Under the pieces are notes generated by a model. It was given only the letters and a program-made list of their open reading frames with translations. It made no database searches and had not been told where the DNA came from. Made by a program: the position numbers and the translations under genes. Positions 62,142-64,000 of a stretch of DNA of 64,000 nucleotides are shown one piece after another. This DNA is from the human T2T-CHM13v2.0 reference genome, Homo sapiens. How positions within the stretch are numbered: the first letter of the stretch is position 1; each line of letters starts with the position of its first letter. The DNA is taken from the NCBI GenBank assembly GCA_009914755.4, contig CP068257.2, positions 9,184,001 to 9,248,000 of the forward strand. Reading direction: 5' to 3'.

Positions 62142-64000
62142 GGTGAGCAGGTTGGTATCAGAGTTATGAATGAGAAGCATTCTTATCAGAATATACTGGA
62201 TACTAATACATTTTGCATGTAATTTTCTACAGAGGTAATGATTTTAATCAACTTTCAAGATGAAGCACCACATTTGTCAAGGCAGAAGACCCAAATGTGC
62301 AATTTTTTCTTAGGGTAAAACTGGCTATAATGAATGTGCTAAAATATGTTAGTTATCTACTAACCTCAATACGCAAGAAAGCACTAGATCATCAGTTTGC
62401 CTGGTAAGGGAAAAAACAGCGGCTGCAGCCTGCCCAGCTAAAGAAGAAAGTGGAATCAGCAGAACAAGTGGCCTGTGAAGATGCCAGCTTGTGAGAAATG
62501 CCTGGCTGACTGTGAACAGGGATATTATTAAATGGATGCATATGATACATAGCGTAATTATACCACTTATGGCAGAAAAACATCACCATTTTATCAAATG
62601 CTCCACTGTGTACATCAAAGATCATGGTATCATCTATCTCTGGGATGCTATGTGAGCTTTGTGGTTCTGGAAGAGCTTCTAGTCAAGTTTTGATTAATTC
62701 TTGATGGTTTTATTTGATTATAGAAGTAGAGCTTGAATGTGTGTGTGCGTTTTCCATTTTTCTTGTAAGAACTGACAATATTGATTAAATTTCCCTTTTA
62801 GGAGTGGGAAGCAAGAAGCAAAGTAATTGTCACCACTTCTTGGAGAAGAATGGCTTACAGTGCTTTGAACATATCGTCTCAAAATAACCTCTTTGGAAGA
62901 TTAGTGGAAAGAAGCAAAACTGTGAAGACCTTGGTTCACAGTAGCTGTTGATGTTTCTTTTTTTCATTTTGGTATTGATTATAATCGCTTCTTCATAAAG
63001 CTCAGATGCAGGGTTTATTTCCAGTTCTTTCACCGTGCTTCTTACCTCAGAGTCAAACCATTGCTATACTCTCCACATAGTTGGTTTCCAGTGTTTAAAT
63101 TGCATGCGTGAGGGGCTCCGATTTGTGACATTGCTTTACATATATTACTGTAAAAAAAAACACATAACCCCAAATCTAGAGTATATAAGGCTTTGTGCTA
63201 AGCAAGCATGGAAAAGAGTTACTTATGGCTTATATCCATGTGTGGACTATGATTGATAGAATTTCCCTTGCAATTGCCAAAGAGAAGTCTACATGGTCTT
63301 TGAAGAAACAAATTACCTATGACCCCATGTATTTGCATTTGTGCTCTTCCTAACTATACAGTACAGTCTGAATTTAGCCCCCCAACATAGGGGGATGTTT
63401 TAGTGGACAAGCACTTAATTCATTTTAAAGTTTTGAGGATTTATCTTATAAGCACTTACTAAACACTGGTTATGTCTCAAGGCCAGGGCTGCACCCTGGA
63501 GACTCAGGGAAGCACAATACTTGATTTCATGGATCTCATAATCTAGTGCTATGGAAACATTAAAATATTAAAACCACAGTGGAGAAGAGCAGTGGATAGG
63601 TCTTAGGGAAGAAGGCTTGTATGAAAGGTGATGCCTGAAATCATACTTAGTCATCTTTATATATGATAATTTTTATGGAAGAATGAAATCTTCAGGATTC
63701 AATGATATTTTCATTTTAGCAAACTGGCCATCTCTTTTCTTTGAGCTTATAAACATGGTTGAATGTGTAAAGTAGCGAGACAAGAAAAAAATACCTTTGA
63801 GTGACCTTGCTTTATTATGTGAAAAATGACAAACTGGCAGGCAGGAAAGATACATGGCTTACCATGTATCTTTCAATTTTTAGGATGTACTAAAAATTTC
63901 AATGCAGTTACCACATAGAAGCAAGAGCTAGAGAAGTTCTGAGAGAATTTTTAATCTTTAGGTCAGACAGCAAGGATGTGAGGCGGTAAAGTTAAATTAC

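Overview
This window is primate (almost certainly human) nuclear DNA. It is AT-rich, repeat-dense and non-coding, and it is not a prokaryotic locus. Evidence for primate origin: at least six Alu SINEs with A-tails and target-site duplications; 5'-truncated LINE-1 copies whose ORF2/3'UTR remnants read out clearly (the minus-strand ORFs at 12746-13254 translate to the L1 ORF2 C-terminus); MaLR LTRs (THE1- and MST-type); and three solitary ERV9 LTRs (LTR12 family, catarrhine-specific) with U3 CCAAT-box repeat arrays. The supplied six-frame ORF track does not identify any credible gene. Every ORF of 120 aa or more falls in a tandem repeat, in GC-rich LTR12 sequence, in a polypyrimidine tract or in a decayed transposon. 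I could not recognise any protein-coding exon, tRNA, rRNA or CRISPR array. Features I can support: (i) three solo LTR12 elements at 41.1-42.65 kb (+), 44.6-45.9 kb (-) and 59.5-60.6 kb (-), each with an intact 4-5 bp target-site duplication, the first two forming an inverted pair 2 kb apart; (ii) four minisatellite/VNTR arrays (35-bp x12 at 2.0 kb, 61-bp x8 at 15.1 kb, 51-bp x16 at 36.3-37.1 kb, ~58-bp x17 at 57.4-58.4 kb); (iii) several near-perfect 60-95 bp tandem duplications; (iv) (GT)n microsatellites and long polypyrimidine tracts; (v) short CpG-retaining segments that stand out against the CpG-depleted background. I see no evidence of a novel multi-gene system. The most interesting material is regulatory and structural: the LTR12 promoter/enhancer cluster, the inverted LTR pair, a 51-bp codon-periodic VNTR, and the CpG-retaining segments. 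All coordinates are approximate to within about 10 bp, because they come from reading the sequence by eye.
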